Positions 10,936-23,251 of a DNA stretch of 64,000 nucleotides are shown here, one piece after another. Every line of letters starts with the position of its first letter. The first letter of the stretch is position 1. The DNA lies in the NCBI RefSeq assembly GCF_026151205.1, contig NC_087076.1, positions 16,517,142-16,581,141 on the forward strand. The letters run 5' to 3'. The DNA is from Bolinopsis microptera. Lineage: Eukaryota. The notes below the pieces were generated by a model, which worked only from the letters and a program-made list of their open reading frames with translations, searched no databases and was not told the DNA's origin. Position numbers and translations under genes: made by a program.

Positions 10936-11161
10936 AGATACGATGTGCATTTCGTTTAGGAGCGCGCTGACCAGAGCCGTCTTGCCACCTCCCACCTCTC
11001 CAACCACTATCGTCAGCTTACTCTTGGGTATCTTCACGTCTATATCTTGTAGTATAACTGTTGCGTCTTCAGCAATGTCCCACGACAGACTGGCGTTAGT
11101 AAACTCGACTGCTACTCCACTGTCCGAGTAGCCGTTACTGTCGTGGTAGCCATTTTCAGCT
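10936..11161 (-). CDS. ABCC exon 13, the NBD1 Walker A
   Basis: Encodes AENGYHDSNGYSDSGVAVEFTNASLSWDIAEDATVILQDIDVKIPKSKLTIVVGEVGGGKTALVSALLNEMHIVS. It has donor gtaagt. Confidence 0.8.
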
Positions 11162-11332
11162 CTAGGGATAGGATTGTCAGTTAAATCATTTGGTTTAGAA
11201 AAATACAGAATTCATCATGTGTTTCTTTCAGATAAAATTTAGATTACAATCTGAGCTGATCACCATGTTGTAGTAGTGTCCAATTAATATCTTACGTTTA
11301 ACTGATCAACAATAATAATACATAGTACTAAC

Positions 11333-11488
11333 GGAGTGCCATTCAGCATTTCACTTTGCATCGGTAACTCAGGTGCTTTGAGGAACTTGGTGATTCTCTG
11401 CGCACATGCTCTACCAGAGACAAACGCTCCGATAGCAAAAGGTATCAAGATGAAGGGTAGCCTCAGAATGTTTAGCAGTGCTAGGGTC
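11333..11488 (-). CDS. ABCC exon 12
   Basis: Encodes TLALLNILRLPFILIPFAIGAFVSGRACAQRITKFLKAPELPMQSEMLNGT. It has donor gttagt. Confidence 0.75.
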
Positions 11489-11603
11489 CTGGGAGGGTGA
11501 GAATTTTAGGATATTTGGAACGATATCCTTTAAGAGAAAATGTATCAATACATTTCAATTGACTCATCACTAAATCCCTAGTAAACTATGATTAAAAACC
11601 AAC

Positions 11604-11770
11604 CTGAGGGCTAGAGACGTAGTGAGAGGTGTGTGTTTACCAGTATCTGGATCTATAGGTGAAGTAGCACTGTACACCACGAAGATAGAACAGGCCATGA
11701 TTGTTGGCATGACGTTTGCTATGAAGATAAACACTGCTCTCAAAGTCATCTGAGTTCGCAAAATCTTCGT
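11604..11770 (-). CDS. ABCC exon 11
   Basis: Encodes TKILRTQMTLRAVFIFIANVMPTIMACSIFVVYSATSPIDPDTGKHTPLTTSLAL. The donor gttggt is weak. An alternative donor/acceptor pairing that I checked would lose a transmembrane segment. Confidence 0.6.
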
Positions 11771-11893
11771 CTGAAGGATCAGAAATTAGTTTTTGGGAGC
11801 TGCATCATCGAGTTGAAATTTTGATATCACGGTTTGTCAACTGGGACAAAAAGTCAGTTTTAAATTTAGATAAATATGATGATTAATATAAAC

Positions 11894-12019
11894 CTCTTCT
11901 TTCCTAGCGTTGACAATCATCCTCTCAAAGATAGGCTCCCAACTGTACATCTTGATGCTCTTCATCCCTAACAGCATCTCGTTCATCACCTTCATTCGCT
12001 TATCTTTCGCAAACATTAT
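11894..12019 (-). CDS. ABCC exon 10
   Basis: Encodes IMFAKDKRMKVMNEMLLGMKSIKMYSWEPIFERMIVNARKEE. It has acceptor tattcag and donor gtttat. Confidence 0.75.
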
Positions 12020-12195
12020 CTGAATACGATATAAGTATTATGTTTCACATTGAATCTTCTTAGTTTAAATTGAAAGACGTATTCCGTTATTGAATTTATG
12101 ATATTTTTGTTTCAAAGGACAGGGTGTACCCACAGATTTCTTATAATAAAATACTTCAACAATGAAATGAGGCATTAGTTAAATGAAAAACCGAC

Positions 12196-12324
12196 CTTTC
12201 GTTGACATTCGCCCATTTTCTTGGCAACCATTCCATTGATGGGAAATGACGCGAAGAGGAAAAATATTCCAATCAAAGACACCCAACCGATATCCAAGAG
12301 AAGAAGGATTATACATCCAATAAT
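12196..12324 (-). CDS. ABCC exon 9
   Basis: Encodes IIGCIILLLLDIGWVSLIGIFFLFASFPINGMVAKKMGECQRK. It has donor gtcggt. Confidence 0.7.
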
Positions 12325-12501
12325 CTGATGATGTAAACATTTTAGTGAAGAAAAGAATTTAAACCAAGTTACACATGTCGTATTCAAAATGAAGTTGTTA
12401 CCTCGAATTCACTCTTCTTATCATAAATAGAAAACCTAGCAACAATTTACAGATAAAATACCATTTTATAATTATTTTGGCTGTGTAAAACATTATCTTA
12501 C

Positions 12502-12590
12502 CATGACAGGTGAGACAACAAGGAAGTTGACGAAGTAGAACATGAAATGGTACTGCTGGGTGTCCGTACTCATAACGTTCAGTATTTTAC
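12502..12590 (-). CDS. ABCC exon 8
   Basis: Encodes (G)KILNVMSTDTQQYHFMFYFVNFLVVSPVM. It has donor gtaaga. Confidence 0.7.
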
Positions 12591-12712
12591 CTGGATAAAA
12601 GTTGGGTTATGTACGTGCACCAGAAACAGCAAGTGATGTCTGTGCTGTATCAGATGTTCGTGAGACGGAATAAGTTCGCATTTCATTAAAATAATTGTTA
12701 GATTGTCTTTAC

Positions 12713-12840
12713 CTTGAGTTAGATCAGGATCTTTGCTAGCCCAGGAAGCCAGCCGTAAAGCCTTCTTGAAAACAGTGAATTGTAGCAGGGACCTCACGTG
12801 AGTTGCTCGCCAGAAGTTCATAAACATTGAATATCTCGAA
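12713..12840 (-). CDS. ABCC exon 7
   Basis: Encodes SRYSMFMNFWRATHVRSLLQFTVFKKALRLASWASKDPDLTQ. It has donor gtaaag. Confidence 0.7.
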
Positions 12841-12958
12841 CTGGAGGGGTTACACGTTACATTATGGGCTTTTGGAACATTTGTAGTTAATTAATCAATC
12901 AATTAACTAATTGGTTATTATGTTACCAAACTCATGAGTCGAGTTTGTGTGGATTTAC

Positions 12959-13119
12959 CTGAGAATACTTTGGGAGATTCCAGTTAGAAATATCACAAAG
13001 CAGAGAAAGAACCCATTTTTGAAAAACTCTGAGACTATCATAGGTTCGTCTTGGACCATTGAACTAGATTCAGTTATGTTCAGAGACGATGGATTGAGCT
13101 GTAGCGCCTTGATGTTAGC
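12959..13119 (-). CDS. ABCC exon 6
   Basis: Encodes ANIKALQLNPSSLNITESSSMVQDEPMIVSEFFKNGFFLCFVIFLTGISQSIL. The frame opens just after a TAA. It has donor gtaaat. Confidence 0.6.
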
Positions 13120-13297
13120 CTGAGAAAGGAATCCGTATTATTTGTGCACCAGTTTCAGTAAAGTAGAATAAATAAAATATCTTTAATAATTCAATAAACG
13201 CGAATTTACATGGACTTTGGGAAGATTCATTTCTGACCGGAAATAATACCGGAACAACATATCATCAGTTAAGTCTTGATCCCAGAAGCAGTGTTAC

Positions 13298-13507
13298 CTG
13301 TTTAGTTGCGATGTATATGTTTATGCCACTGATAGCAAAAGGTGACAAGAATGCCATTCCATCTCCAATAACTCTCATAATTATGGAAATATAATAAGTT
13401 TCCTTGAACAGCTTCAAACAGACTATGATAAGAGAAGGACTCTTTTTCTTTACCTCTTCTGTCCACAACTTGTCGAATTGTTGAGCTAAAGGACCACATT
13501 GGTCCAC
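13298..13507 (-). CDS. ABCC exon 5
   Basis: Encodes VDQCGPLAQQFDKLWTEEVKKKSPSLIIVCLKLFKETYYISIIMRVIGDGMAFLSPFAISGINIYIATKQ. It has donor gtaaca. Confidence 0.7.
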
Positions 13508-13748
13508 CTGAGATTACCATTCGTAAAATAAATAGAATATTATCAGCCTTACGGAATGTATCAAGATGCCAGAACAAACGGGTTGGGATCAAAACAGCTA
13601 CTAATATAAGTTGATGATAATATTTTATAACATCAAATTTAATCGAACGGATATTTCAACAAATCAAAAGTTTAGTTATAACTAAACGTTAGATTGTTGA
13701 GATAAATATATCAAAATGGAACACTGAAAAGTTACACTAAGAAATTAC

Positions 13749-13910
13749 CTGAGGAGGAGCGCCAATATCTGACATCTCCAGGGGCTTCTTCCACCCCTTG
13801 ATCAGCAGCCCCCTCATCCAGGCAAATGTCAGACGAGAGGGTAAGGCTGCTGTCCAATGTTTGTTACACGTATCTCTGTCCGCCACCTTTGTCCACGATA
13901 GTCGACCTTT
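13749..13910 (-). CDS. ABCC exon 4, the L0 region
   Basis: Encodes KGRLSWTKVADRDTCNKHWTAALPSRLTFAWMRGLLIKGWKKPLEMSDIGAPPQ. The FAWMRGL stretch corresponds to ITFWWITGL in MRP1. It has donor gtaatt. Confidence 0.75.
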
Positions 13911-14314
13911 CTGTAGTAACCACGTGATAAGGAGTTTTGTACATTTTAAAAGTTGGATAATTTAACTGCCGACAGAAATTTGGTTAAATCAAATATAAAA
14001 TTATGTTTATAAGATTACGTACGATGATGTTGGCGAAGGATATGATGGTTAGAACGAAGTAGAGGAATGTTCGAACCACTGAAATGATCACCCTAACATC
14101 TAAACTACCAGCACTTTCAGCTTCAAACTGGTTTATCAGCCTCTGAAATAAATTGGTCGTATCAATAATTTAATTTAAAAGATAGCTCTGTATGCACTAG
14201 ATAAATTCAGGAGCGCGAGCGTGTTAGTCTGTTAGATGAATGATCAAAATGAAGAAACCGAGTAATTCGGTTGTATAAATAATACAGTTTAAATAATATT
14301 TGACAGTATCTCAC

Positions 14315-14440
14315 CACAATGATCATGACATTAGCGACGAGGGATGTGATATAAGAAGCGGTGAGGATGATGAGAGGTAACCTCCTGGCTGTCCTCTCTC
14401 CTCCAGCATACATGACACCCGTTGCTACCATTCCAAACAC
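14315..14440 (-). CDS. ABCC exon 3 in TMD0
   Basis: Encodes VFGMVATGVMYAGGERTARRLPLIILTASYITSLVANVMIIV. It has donor gtgaga. Confidence 0.65.
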
Positions 14441-14767
14441 CTGGTATTTAAGCAGTATTAATTAAAAGTTCATAGTTGGTTCGTGCGCAAATTTCTAAAA
14501 GTGCGTAAAGTGCGTTGTGTTTTAAAAGTGTGCACGAACCAACTGTAGTATCAGTAACAATTCAGTGCACGTTTTAGTTTCAGATGGGGTGAGCTTATTC
14601 AAGAAAAGTCTAGTTCGATTTGGTAGATCTGTTTAGCGGTTTCGACCCTCTGTTATTTTAAGAATACCCAAAATATCTCCGGGAAGAAAGAAAGAAAAAC
14701 TGCAACTAAATTTATCTATTTTAGTTTTTATTTCCAATTACAAACTTTTGAAACAATATCACATTAC

Positions 14768-14888
14768 CTGATACACAGAGTTTAGAACGACGAATGCTTT
14801 ACCTCCAAATAAGGTATGCCATAATATTATCTCCACAATAACAAGAAACAACGATCCAATCAAACACGCATACTGAAGACTGTGGAAC
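14768..14888 (-). CDS. ABCC exon 2 in TMD0
   Basis: Encodes FHSLQYACLIGSLFLVIVEIILWHTLFGGKAFVVLNSVYQ. It has donor gtaatg. Confidence 0.65.
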
Positions 14889-14934
14889 CTGCATTCAAAA
14901 GATAAGATTCAGTTAAGTCTTGATGTGAAAAGGG

Positions 14935-15340
14935 ATAGGGGGGGGGGGGGGGCCAAGTGGATATTTGTAGATATTTGTAGATTAATGTAGAGTGGATAAT
15001 CCACGAAAAAAGTGGATGACATTCTACAAATTTATACATTTATCTCCAAAAATTCAGTCGAATTTCTGGGCACATATTTGAGATTCCATTTTTTGTAGAT
15101 AAATGTAGATATTTGTAGATTATTGTCAATGGATAATTCACGAAAATTCTACAAATTCTACAAATTTATACATTTATCTCCAAAAATTCAGTAGAATTTC
15201 TGGGCACATAATTGAGATATACATTTTTTGTAGATAAATCATAAATGTAGATATTTGTAGATTATTGTAATGGATAATTCACGAAAAAAGTGGATGACAT
15301 TATCCAAATATCTACAAATATCCACTTGGCTCCCCCCCGG
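14935..15340. mobile_element. A ~400-bp MITE capped by G/C runs, with terminal repeats ccaagtggatatttgtagatatttg and an internal 2x tandem duplication
   Basis: It begins G17-ccaagtggatatttgtagata and ends tatctacaaatatccacttgg-C7. The two internal copies lie at about 14990-15080 and 15120-15230. Confidence 0.65.
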
Positions 15341-15469
15341 GATACAATGATACTAGTTTGTGTTATCGTAACCATTCAAGTAGTAATTATAAAGATATGG
15401 ATAAGTTCAATGATGAATCTACAATATTTAATCTGAAGAATATTTTATAAAAGTAAATTTGTCCCCTAC

Positions 15470-15618
15470 CAGAATCTGACGAGTCGCTTCTTAGCGACAC
15501 TATTAAAGTAGTAAAGCACAATAGCGCATAGGATTACAAAGGAGTTACTGATTAGTTTCACGAACTCTGGCGTACACAGCCCGTCAGTGTTGGACCACCC
15601 TCTGCAATATCTCTCCAT
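15470..15618 (-). CDS. ABCC exon 1 with the start codon
   Basis: Encodes MERYCRGWSNTDGLCTPEFVKLISNSFVILCAIVLYYFNSVAKKRLVRF. An in-frame TAA lies 15 nt upstream. It has donor gtaggg. A competing acceptor (attgcag) just downstream of the ATG could instead make an upstream exon the true start. Confidence 0.55.
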
Positions 15619-17019
15619 ATCTTCTATCTTTTATATTCCTTATCTCTTCATATCACCCTGCAACTGCTGGGGGTGCTATTTAAGGATTTAAATTTGATAT
15701 TACTCTAATGTTACAAAACTGTAAACCAAGTGAAGGTTCACAGGTAAGGGTTAAATATGAAAGGAATTTCGAACTCAAACTTATTCTATCGAACGAATTA
15801 CGAATATATAATAATATGTAATATGTAATATTACGGATACCTTAAAACTAAATTAATTCCTGGGCAACCACGTACGACCGTACGTGGTGAATTACAGGAA
15901 TTACAGGAATTACAGGAATCTAATGTTCATCGTGACGTCGAAAGCGTTGGTTAACTCTAAAACCAATAAAATGGTTAAGTGGTAAAGTGTGTGGTTACTT
16001 AAATAATTTAGCTTCATGAACCACCACATCATTGAAAGGATTTAAACAAGATACAATATCAACTTTTTAAACTCATTAAACTCTATGTACATTGTACATT
16101 ACAGTTTATACAAATAATTGCATAGTTTCAGGGCTCAACCGAACTATTTAAACTGCCGCTACACTGCCGAATGTGTTCGATGAAATATAAATCGACTCGA
16201 GTAAACGATCAAGAAGAAGAAAGATGGCGGTAGGTAGCTGCTACATACACGCTACAACTACAAAAGGCAAAAGCAAGAGCAAAATAGAGAAATATACAAT
16301 ATGCCGTGCTTATGTACTACAACTTGAGGCAAACTTACAAGTACAGTTCATACTAAAGAGCTGGACATTACACAACGTCTTACACAAGTACACATCAGTA
16401 ACTGAGCTGGTAGTAGTACACACTCAGTTCAGTAAGTAAGATACTAACTACACAGATAACAGATTTGTACACACATCACAATCATCATTCACCAAACAGA
16501 TTAACAATTATCACTCTCCTCACTACAAGACAACAGGCAATTAAGCAAATTAAGCACTGAGAAGATAGTGGCCAATTACTGTTACTAGGGTCAAGATATA
16601 CTGATTGTTGTGTACTTGTAGTTCAATATTGAGATTAAGGAAATCCGAGAGTAGACGCCCGCTTATAGAAATGTATAGGACGTGTTGAATGTATATGTGT
16701 TACTTGCCCTGATTATACGACTTAAGCCTAGGGATACACCTTTCATTTAACAACCGGTAAAAGAAGCACAGTACATATTAAAGCAGGGACTAACAGGAAA
16801 CAGATAGAGAATGCTGATAGTTTCAAACAATAAACACGAAGCAGCTCATGAGAAAAGTCAAGATACACTTCAGATAAAACTTCAATGAATAAAAGAAATG
16901 CAGCTCACTATAACTTCGTAGTCAGCTGTAGGAGCAGCTCAATGTAACTTAATAGTCCTCTAAAAGATCAGCTCACTATAACGTTATAGACCTGTATCAG
17001 CTGTAAGCCCAATTAAGGG

Positions 17020-17482
17020 GGGTCTTCATCAAAATTCTCTCGAAATTGACTCTATAGTTATTTCTGATAGATGGGAGTGATATCTACCAGCTGCTTTTGG
17101 TCCCATGGAAAAATATTGCTCCTAGCCGAAATTATCGCCGGTGTAAGGTTAACGCTTATGTGTAATTGATTTTCAATCGCAAGTTCTAAAAATCTTCTCC
17201 TACATTATTTTAGCAATCACCCTCAAACTTTCAAGATATGTTCTAAGGACCATTTAAAAGAGATCGCTCAGACAGAATTTTGAGATAGGCCTTTAAAAAT
17301 TTTGTATTCAATTTTGAAAATCTTTGACCTCAAAAAATCGTCAAAAAACGATAATTTCGGCTTGGAACAAAATTTTTCCATGGGACCAAAAGCAGCTGAT
17401 AGATATTAGATATCCCCTCTATCAGAAACAACTATAAAATCATTTTCGAGATCATTTTGATGAAGACCCCCCCCCCCCCCAC
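17020..17482. mobile_element. A ~460-bp MITE with ~130-bp terminal inverted repeats, capped by G7 and C14
   Basis: The left end (GGGGGGGTCTTCATCAAAATTCTCTCGAAATTGACTCTATAGTT...) is the reverse complement of the right end (...aactatagagtc...gatgaagaCCCCCCCCCCCCCC). Confidence 0.7.
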
Positions 17483-18750
17483 CGGCCCCCTGAAATACAA
17501 CCTGAGACACGTCAATATTCAGATTTACAATCTTGTAACATGATATATAATGAATGACATGACGCAATATTATGAGGCTTTATTGATCAAAAGTTGAAAT
17601 AAGGATTTTCTTTTGATTAAGGTCATGGCTTCATGGTAACGAACGAAATACCCAAAAAACGTCGAATAAAAAAGCCTGGCGAATCGCCCAGGAGAATTAA
17701 AAAGGAAGTAAAAAGAAATATATGTGTGGCATATAAAAATCGAATGGAGGTTAGAATATTCAAGCAATAGTTAACCCCTTTAATGCGCCTGGTAAGGTTA
17801 AATAAGAATAACTTTGCAAAGACATCACGTACTAATAACCACGTACCAAACATCACGTACTACAATGGAGAGGTCTCATACATCGGAATAAGGAGTTACT
17901 GTGTGGTGCAGGCCAGTCCAACGATTAGGAGAAGACCTTTTCAAGAACAAGTAAGTAAGTACTAATCAGATCCGTATGTGACTCACTAAAATTAGCACTG
18001 AGCGCGTACACCACTACTCGTATAGTGTACAGGCTGAGTTTTAGATGAGCTTCAGATGCATGGCTACAATCATTGTCAGCTCCTGTAGTAAAACGATAGC
18101 TGCGTACTATGCAGACATTGACTTCGTGACAGAAGACAAAATATTTCATATCATTTTCAGGGTCAGACATGAATTCTTTGAAAAACACTTATAAAAACGT
18201 TTGATAACACAATAATATCTTGATCGATGCTAATCCAGTCTCATTTTTAAGGTCATAGAGTAATTAATATAAGCATAGTTTGCAGACTTGCGAAGTCAAC
18301 AGCCACATTGGTTCAACAACCAGACACGAGAAGGGCACCTTTAACAGACAGATCATATAAGGAAGCTGGGTTCATGAATATTTGGCAGGCGGCAGCTGAA
18401 ATAAAATTTGGTGCGAAGAATATTGGAACAAACTGTAAGATGAAAAAACAACAAGTCGTCGATTAATAAAACTAGCAGGAACCCGTATAATATAACCCTA
18501 AACGGTGTCAAGACTCAAAATACTAAAATAATTATTACCTATTTAATTGGCGTTTTTGACACCACTTGGGGGTCCAAATTTTAGGCTCTAAAATCATTAT
18601 TCCTTGGCCAATTTTTTATTTTTTCATGCTGATTTGAAGGCCATTAAAGCATTTGACCCAGCCAAAAAAGTTCCAGTTGTATATCTTTTACGGTTTTTGC
18701 GGAAAGTCGCGTTAAAGTTGATGCCGTGGTGTCAGTAAAATGGCACAGAT

Positions 18751-18890
18751 ATATATATATATATCGTCTCGCTTTATATATAGTAAGATGGTACTGTATA
18801 TATACGTATATATGTATATGTATGTATACATATATACGTATGGATGGTACTGTATATATATATATATATGTATGTATAGTAATATTATGG
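18751..18890. repeat. Compound TA/TG-rich microsatellite
   Basis: Seen directly. The overlapping plus-strand ORFs at 18726-18925 are translation artefacts of the repeat. Confidence 0.8.
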
Positions 18891-21024
18891 GTCGGTTGGA
18901 GCTGCGCGTGAGGACTTGTGCGTGAGGACTGAGGTCATCGTGATCTCAGTTGACAGTCAGGCGCTGCTGGCTCAGATTTCAGATATGGTTCCTGATAGTG
19001 CCTGATAGGACTGTGACGAGACGGTGACGCGACGTGAGATATGAGACTTGTTGGCAACCGGCCCGATGTTTACTCAAAATATATATATGATATAATATGT
19101 TCTGGTGAAAATTAAAATATTCATCGAATGAGACAGATTCTTTCCAGATGAGTACACGAACGGTAACCAATATTCGCCTCGACGTAGCGTTGAAACCCAA
19201 CGAGCAACAGCGACTGAAAATATAATACACAACTATGACCTGATGTCATGACCTGATGGCAGTGCTATATAAGAACTAGGAACTTAAATTCGATAATAAA
19301 AGGCAGGGTGGTGCGACCACGTCCGGACAAATCATTCTCAAAATAGAACGGGCTAAAGCAGTGAAAGTGCACAGCAAGTTAAAGAAGGAACCTAAACCGC
19401 ACGAAAGAGGTTATACCATTCAGTATACACTATACAGTGTATACTCACATCATGTTATGCATAGTATGCTTCTTCTTGAGTTATGATATGAAAACTGCAC
19501 ATAATTGAGTATGATACACAGAATATGGCACAGCTAGAAATTTAATCAAGCAACACTTGGAAAATATCAAATTTCAGGGTTGATAGCAATCAGGCTTGTC
19601 TTATCTTGTTTTCAGATTGGATTTGCAACACTGGTCACAAGGTTTAAACGTCAAATTAGATGAAATTTATTCTAGACTATTCTAGATCACTCCAGAGATT
19701 GGAATTCACTGTACAGATTGGAATTCACAACTCGATCCAGCCTGACAGCCGAATGTTTAGACGCACTACTGGTCAAAAGTAGAACTTGGTAATCTGGTGG
19801 ATTACAGCTCTGCACGATATGAAATAATATTATATTCGGGTGCAATACGTTATCAGCTTCTTCTCAAATAAAAAAACATGATAAGCCCAAAACCAGCTCA
19901 ACAAAAAAAAAAGACGTACGTCGTTCAATACAAACAACAATTATTGCAAAAACAATCAATGCGACAGAAAGTATAACAAAGCTAAACTGCAGCGCTAGCA
20001 GAGTGTAACGTTATACCCTGTAACTACATAATTGATATTGCTTGTCTACTAATATATAGTATATAGTAGATACCATGCGACCAGGATACACATAATTTTA
20101 TGTATAGTGTAGAGAATGCCAACCTCTCATAAAACTACAGATGCATGTATTACAAAACATCAACAAGATATTTTAACCACGTACACACTAATTGTACACC
20201 AAGCTACAAAGAGGCGCTAATTAGGTGCACAGATCTGCCCTATAATAACACAGGTAACACCATAAGAATAAGACGTGAATAACACACAGATATAATCGGA
20301 TACTTGTTACGTCATTCACACCAAATTCAGCGAAAATGATAACAATAATTCTATTTGTGCAACAATTAAAACCAAAGATTACTGTAAGAATTCATCAGGT
20401 ACAGAGATAGAGACAAAATATTCAAGAGAACAAGAATGGCGCATCAGAGAGAGAGCAATATCGTAGAAATGATATGTATTATAAACTGGGTATGCTACAA
20501 CACTAATATCATGTACAGCGGAAATTTGATACTCCAATTTAATTGACATTCAACAATTTTGGTCTCTTTTTAAAGCGAGACCTGCATAAAGACGACTTTT
20601 TGAATAGGACGCATTTCTAGTGTGACATACTATATATTACGAAGCATATTATACCTTTTCGAGAGAAATCAGCATTATATTGAACGGAGAGATTTTGGAG
20701 ACAATAAAGTTGGATATTAGTGGGGAATTGATAGTGACTGGCCAATAAGCTTCAGCAGCGATATCAAATTACCAACACCCCAGCCTATGTAATGATAAAG
20801 CTGAGCAATTCTCAATTTTCCACTGGAGTCGGGACAACTATTTACAATGAAAATGGGGTTTTTATCTCCACCATCCATGCTCGTCTTACAATACAATACA
20901 ATGCAAATGGCATATTATCAAATAGCATAACTTATATATAATTACTCAATTTCATCAGTCTTGATTATTGTAAAAATGTGAAATATGTCAAAAGATATTT
21001 ATATATGTCAAAACATATTTATAT

Positions 21025-22600
21025 ATGTCAAAAGATATAATCAAAGAAAGTGGAATTAATTGTTCACCTAATGATGTCTTACCACAAGATCTTGTCAAAG
21101 ATAATATCACTTCTCTGTTGCATGTATGGGTTGATCTAGTTAACCAATCGCTGTCATCAGGAAGTATGGATGGTGTGAAACTAGCTGATGTAATTCCGCT
21201 AATAAAAGATGATTCTCAGGATCCGAATATATTGAAAAACTACAGGCCAGTCTCAAACCTTACATTCCTGGGAAAACTAATTGAAAGAGTAGTTTTAAGA
21301 AGACTTAACGAGCACCTTAGTCGGAATAACCTTAATTGTCAGGAACAGTTTGCTTACAAAAAACACCATAGCACTGAAACACTCTTGATTAAAATAGTGA
21401 ACGATGTCTTAATAGCAGCAGATGACAAAACTGCTACTGTGGTGATGCTCTTGGACCTGAGTGCTGCCTTTGATACTGTGGACCATACTTTGTTACTCCG
21501 TATCTTGAAGCAAGAAATAGGAATCAGAGGAACTGCTCTTAGCTGGTTCACCAGCTTCCTTAAAGGACGTTGTCAGCGGACTAGACTCGGCAAATCTGTC
21601 TCTGAAACAATAACTATCCGATTTGGAGTACCTCAGGGCTCTGTTTTAGGCCCGGTACTCTTTAACATCTATATCAGATCGTTGTACAGATGTGTTAAAG
21701 AATCTGGTTTCTCCATTATTGGTTATGCAGATGATCATCAAATCATGAAATCTTTCAAACCCTCTGATCAGGTCAAAACCTTAACCAATCAGCTGAGAAA
21801 CTGCTTCTTGAGGATAAAGAATTGGATGTCACAGTACTACCTGCAACTGAATGATTCTAAAACACAACTCATAGTCTTTGGACCTAGTAAAGTGCTCAGT
21901 GAGATAGAACTTCATGGCGTTGATATAGCTCCTAACACTTTGGTAATGTTTGTGCCTACTGTTAAGAACCTTGGATTAGTAATGGACAATCAGCTGGTAT
22001 TTGATAAACAGATCGTAAATCTCAAGAAGAAATGTTTTCATACGTTACGTAATATCAGAAAAATCAGATTTCTACTGAGTCCCAAACAGATTAAGATCAT
22101 CGTTAACAGTCTAGTAGTGTCATGTCTAGATTACTGTACAACGGTCTGTACTTTGGTATCGGCGAGAAGCTGCTGCATCAGCTCCAGTTACTTCAGAATG
22201 CTGCTGCAAAAGCTGTCACTGGTAAATATAAACATGACCATCTTGATGATGACCTGATAAAGCTTCACTGGTTAGATGTAAAGAAAAGGATTGTCTTCAA
22301 AATCTTATTACTATCTCACAAGTCACTGTTAGGATTGGCACCAATTTATCTGCAGGACATGTTCAAGTATGCTCATCATGGTCACTCATTGAAGCTTATT
22401 GTTCCTTCTTGTAATTCAAAGTTTGGTGAGCGTAGCTTCTCTGTAGTGGCTCCAAAGATCTACAATCGTCTGCCTGTTACCATCACCTCTGCTCAATCTC
22501 TGGAATGTTTTAAAGCTTTTCTAAAAACTTACCTTTTCAAAATGTCTCCAGATGAACTTGAAAAACTATATCGATAACTATTGTGGTCATATTTGGAATT
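21025..22600 (+). mobile_element. A 5'-truncated, frameshifted copy of an L2-like LINE (reverse transcriptase through C-terminus)
   Basis: ORF 21025-22257 carries the reverse-transcriptase motifs (LLDLSAAFDTVDH, GVPQGSVLGPVLFNIY, GYADDHQ). Its C-terminal region continues in another frame at 22122-22577. It is about 60% identical in protein to ORF2 of the full-length element at 27187-30039. A 20-bp x3 tandem (atatgtcaaaagatatttat) sits at its 5' junction. Confidence 0.75.
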
Positions 22601-23251
22601 CGATATTTGCATGATATATTTAAGTACCATTTTCGGGCTTTAGTATTGACGATATATTTCAAGCATATGTTATTTTTTAGCTCAGTATTCATGATATTTT
22701 CTGGGATGACTAGTTCAAACACTGCTGAGTATAAGATTTATCTTAAAAGCGGTGTTATTAAATTTCAATTTATTATTATTATTATTTGTTTGAAACGACT
22801 AACCTTTCTTCGATGGTTTAAAACTGTTTATCAACCATGATTTTCATTAACAAAATCGGGATCAAATCTGAGCTGAGGATATACTGTTAATGATATTTCA
22901 GTTTTTCAGACAAGCTTACAAATTTCATGATGAATTGTATAAATTATCATATTTGCTGAAAATGTTTCAAATATTGTAATGTTAAGTTTAATTCGGATGT
23001 TTTAATAGATTTCGGTGATCCTTTGAGATGAATTTTAAGAAAAAATATAAACGAGCTCAATAATTTCCAATTTGAAATAATAAGTTATCATATTAAAAAT
23101 AAAACTTTACACTTGCGAGAGCACAAACTATCATTAAACAGTTAACGTTTTAAATGATAAATCAGGGTCAGTTCCACATTAAAAACATACTGTCAGTTCA
23201 TATTAAAATCGACTGAAATAAAAAGTTTATGTGATAAGAGTAAAAAAGATT

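Larger units (their letters stand above)
233..15618 (-). other. Gene span of an ABCC/MRP-family ABC transporter with 28 coding exons. The CDS is 4371 nt (about 1456 aa). Domain order is short TMD0, L0, TMD1, NBD1, linker, TMD2, NBD2.
   Basis: I reconstructed the exons by translating the minus strand. Every junction has AG/GT and a compatible codon phase, and the summed length is divisible by 3. The peptides align with MRP1-type landmarks: the L0 motif, Walker A GEVGGGKT, the signature LSGGQRQR, Walker [11 protein letters not shown], the second Walker A GRTGSGKSS, the second signature FSVGQKQL and MDEATASID. The start ATG is at 15618-15616 with an in-frame TAA 15 nt upstream. The stop TAG is at 235-233. 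Confidence 0.8.

Noticed and set aside
15627-15634. TATAAAAG on the minus strand just upstream of the ABCC ATG, as a core promoter
   Set aside because: It lies only 8 nt from the ATG, so a TSS 25-30 nt downstream of it would fall inside the CDS. The 5' UTR is probably on a separate upstream exon. I mention it but do not call it a feature.
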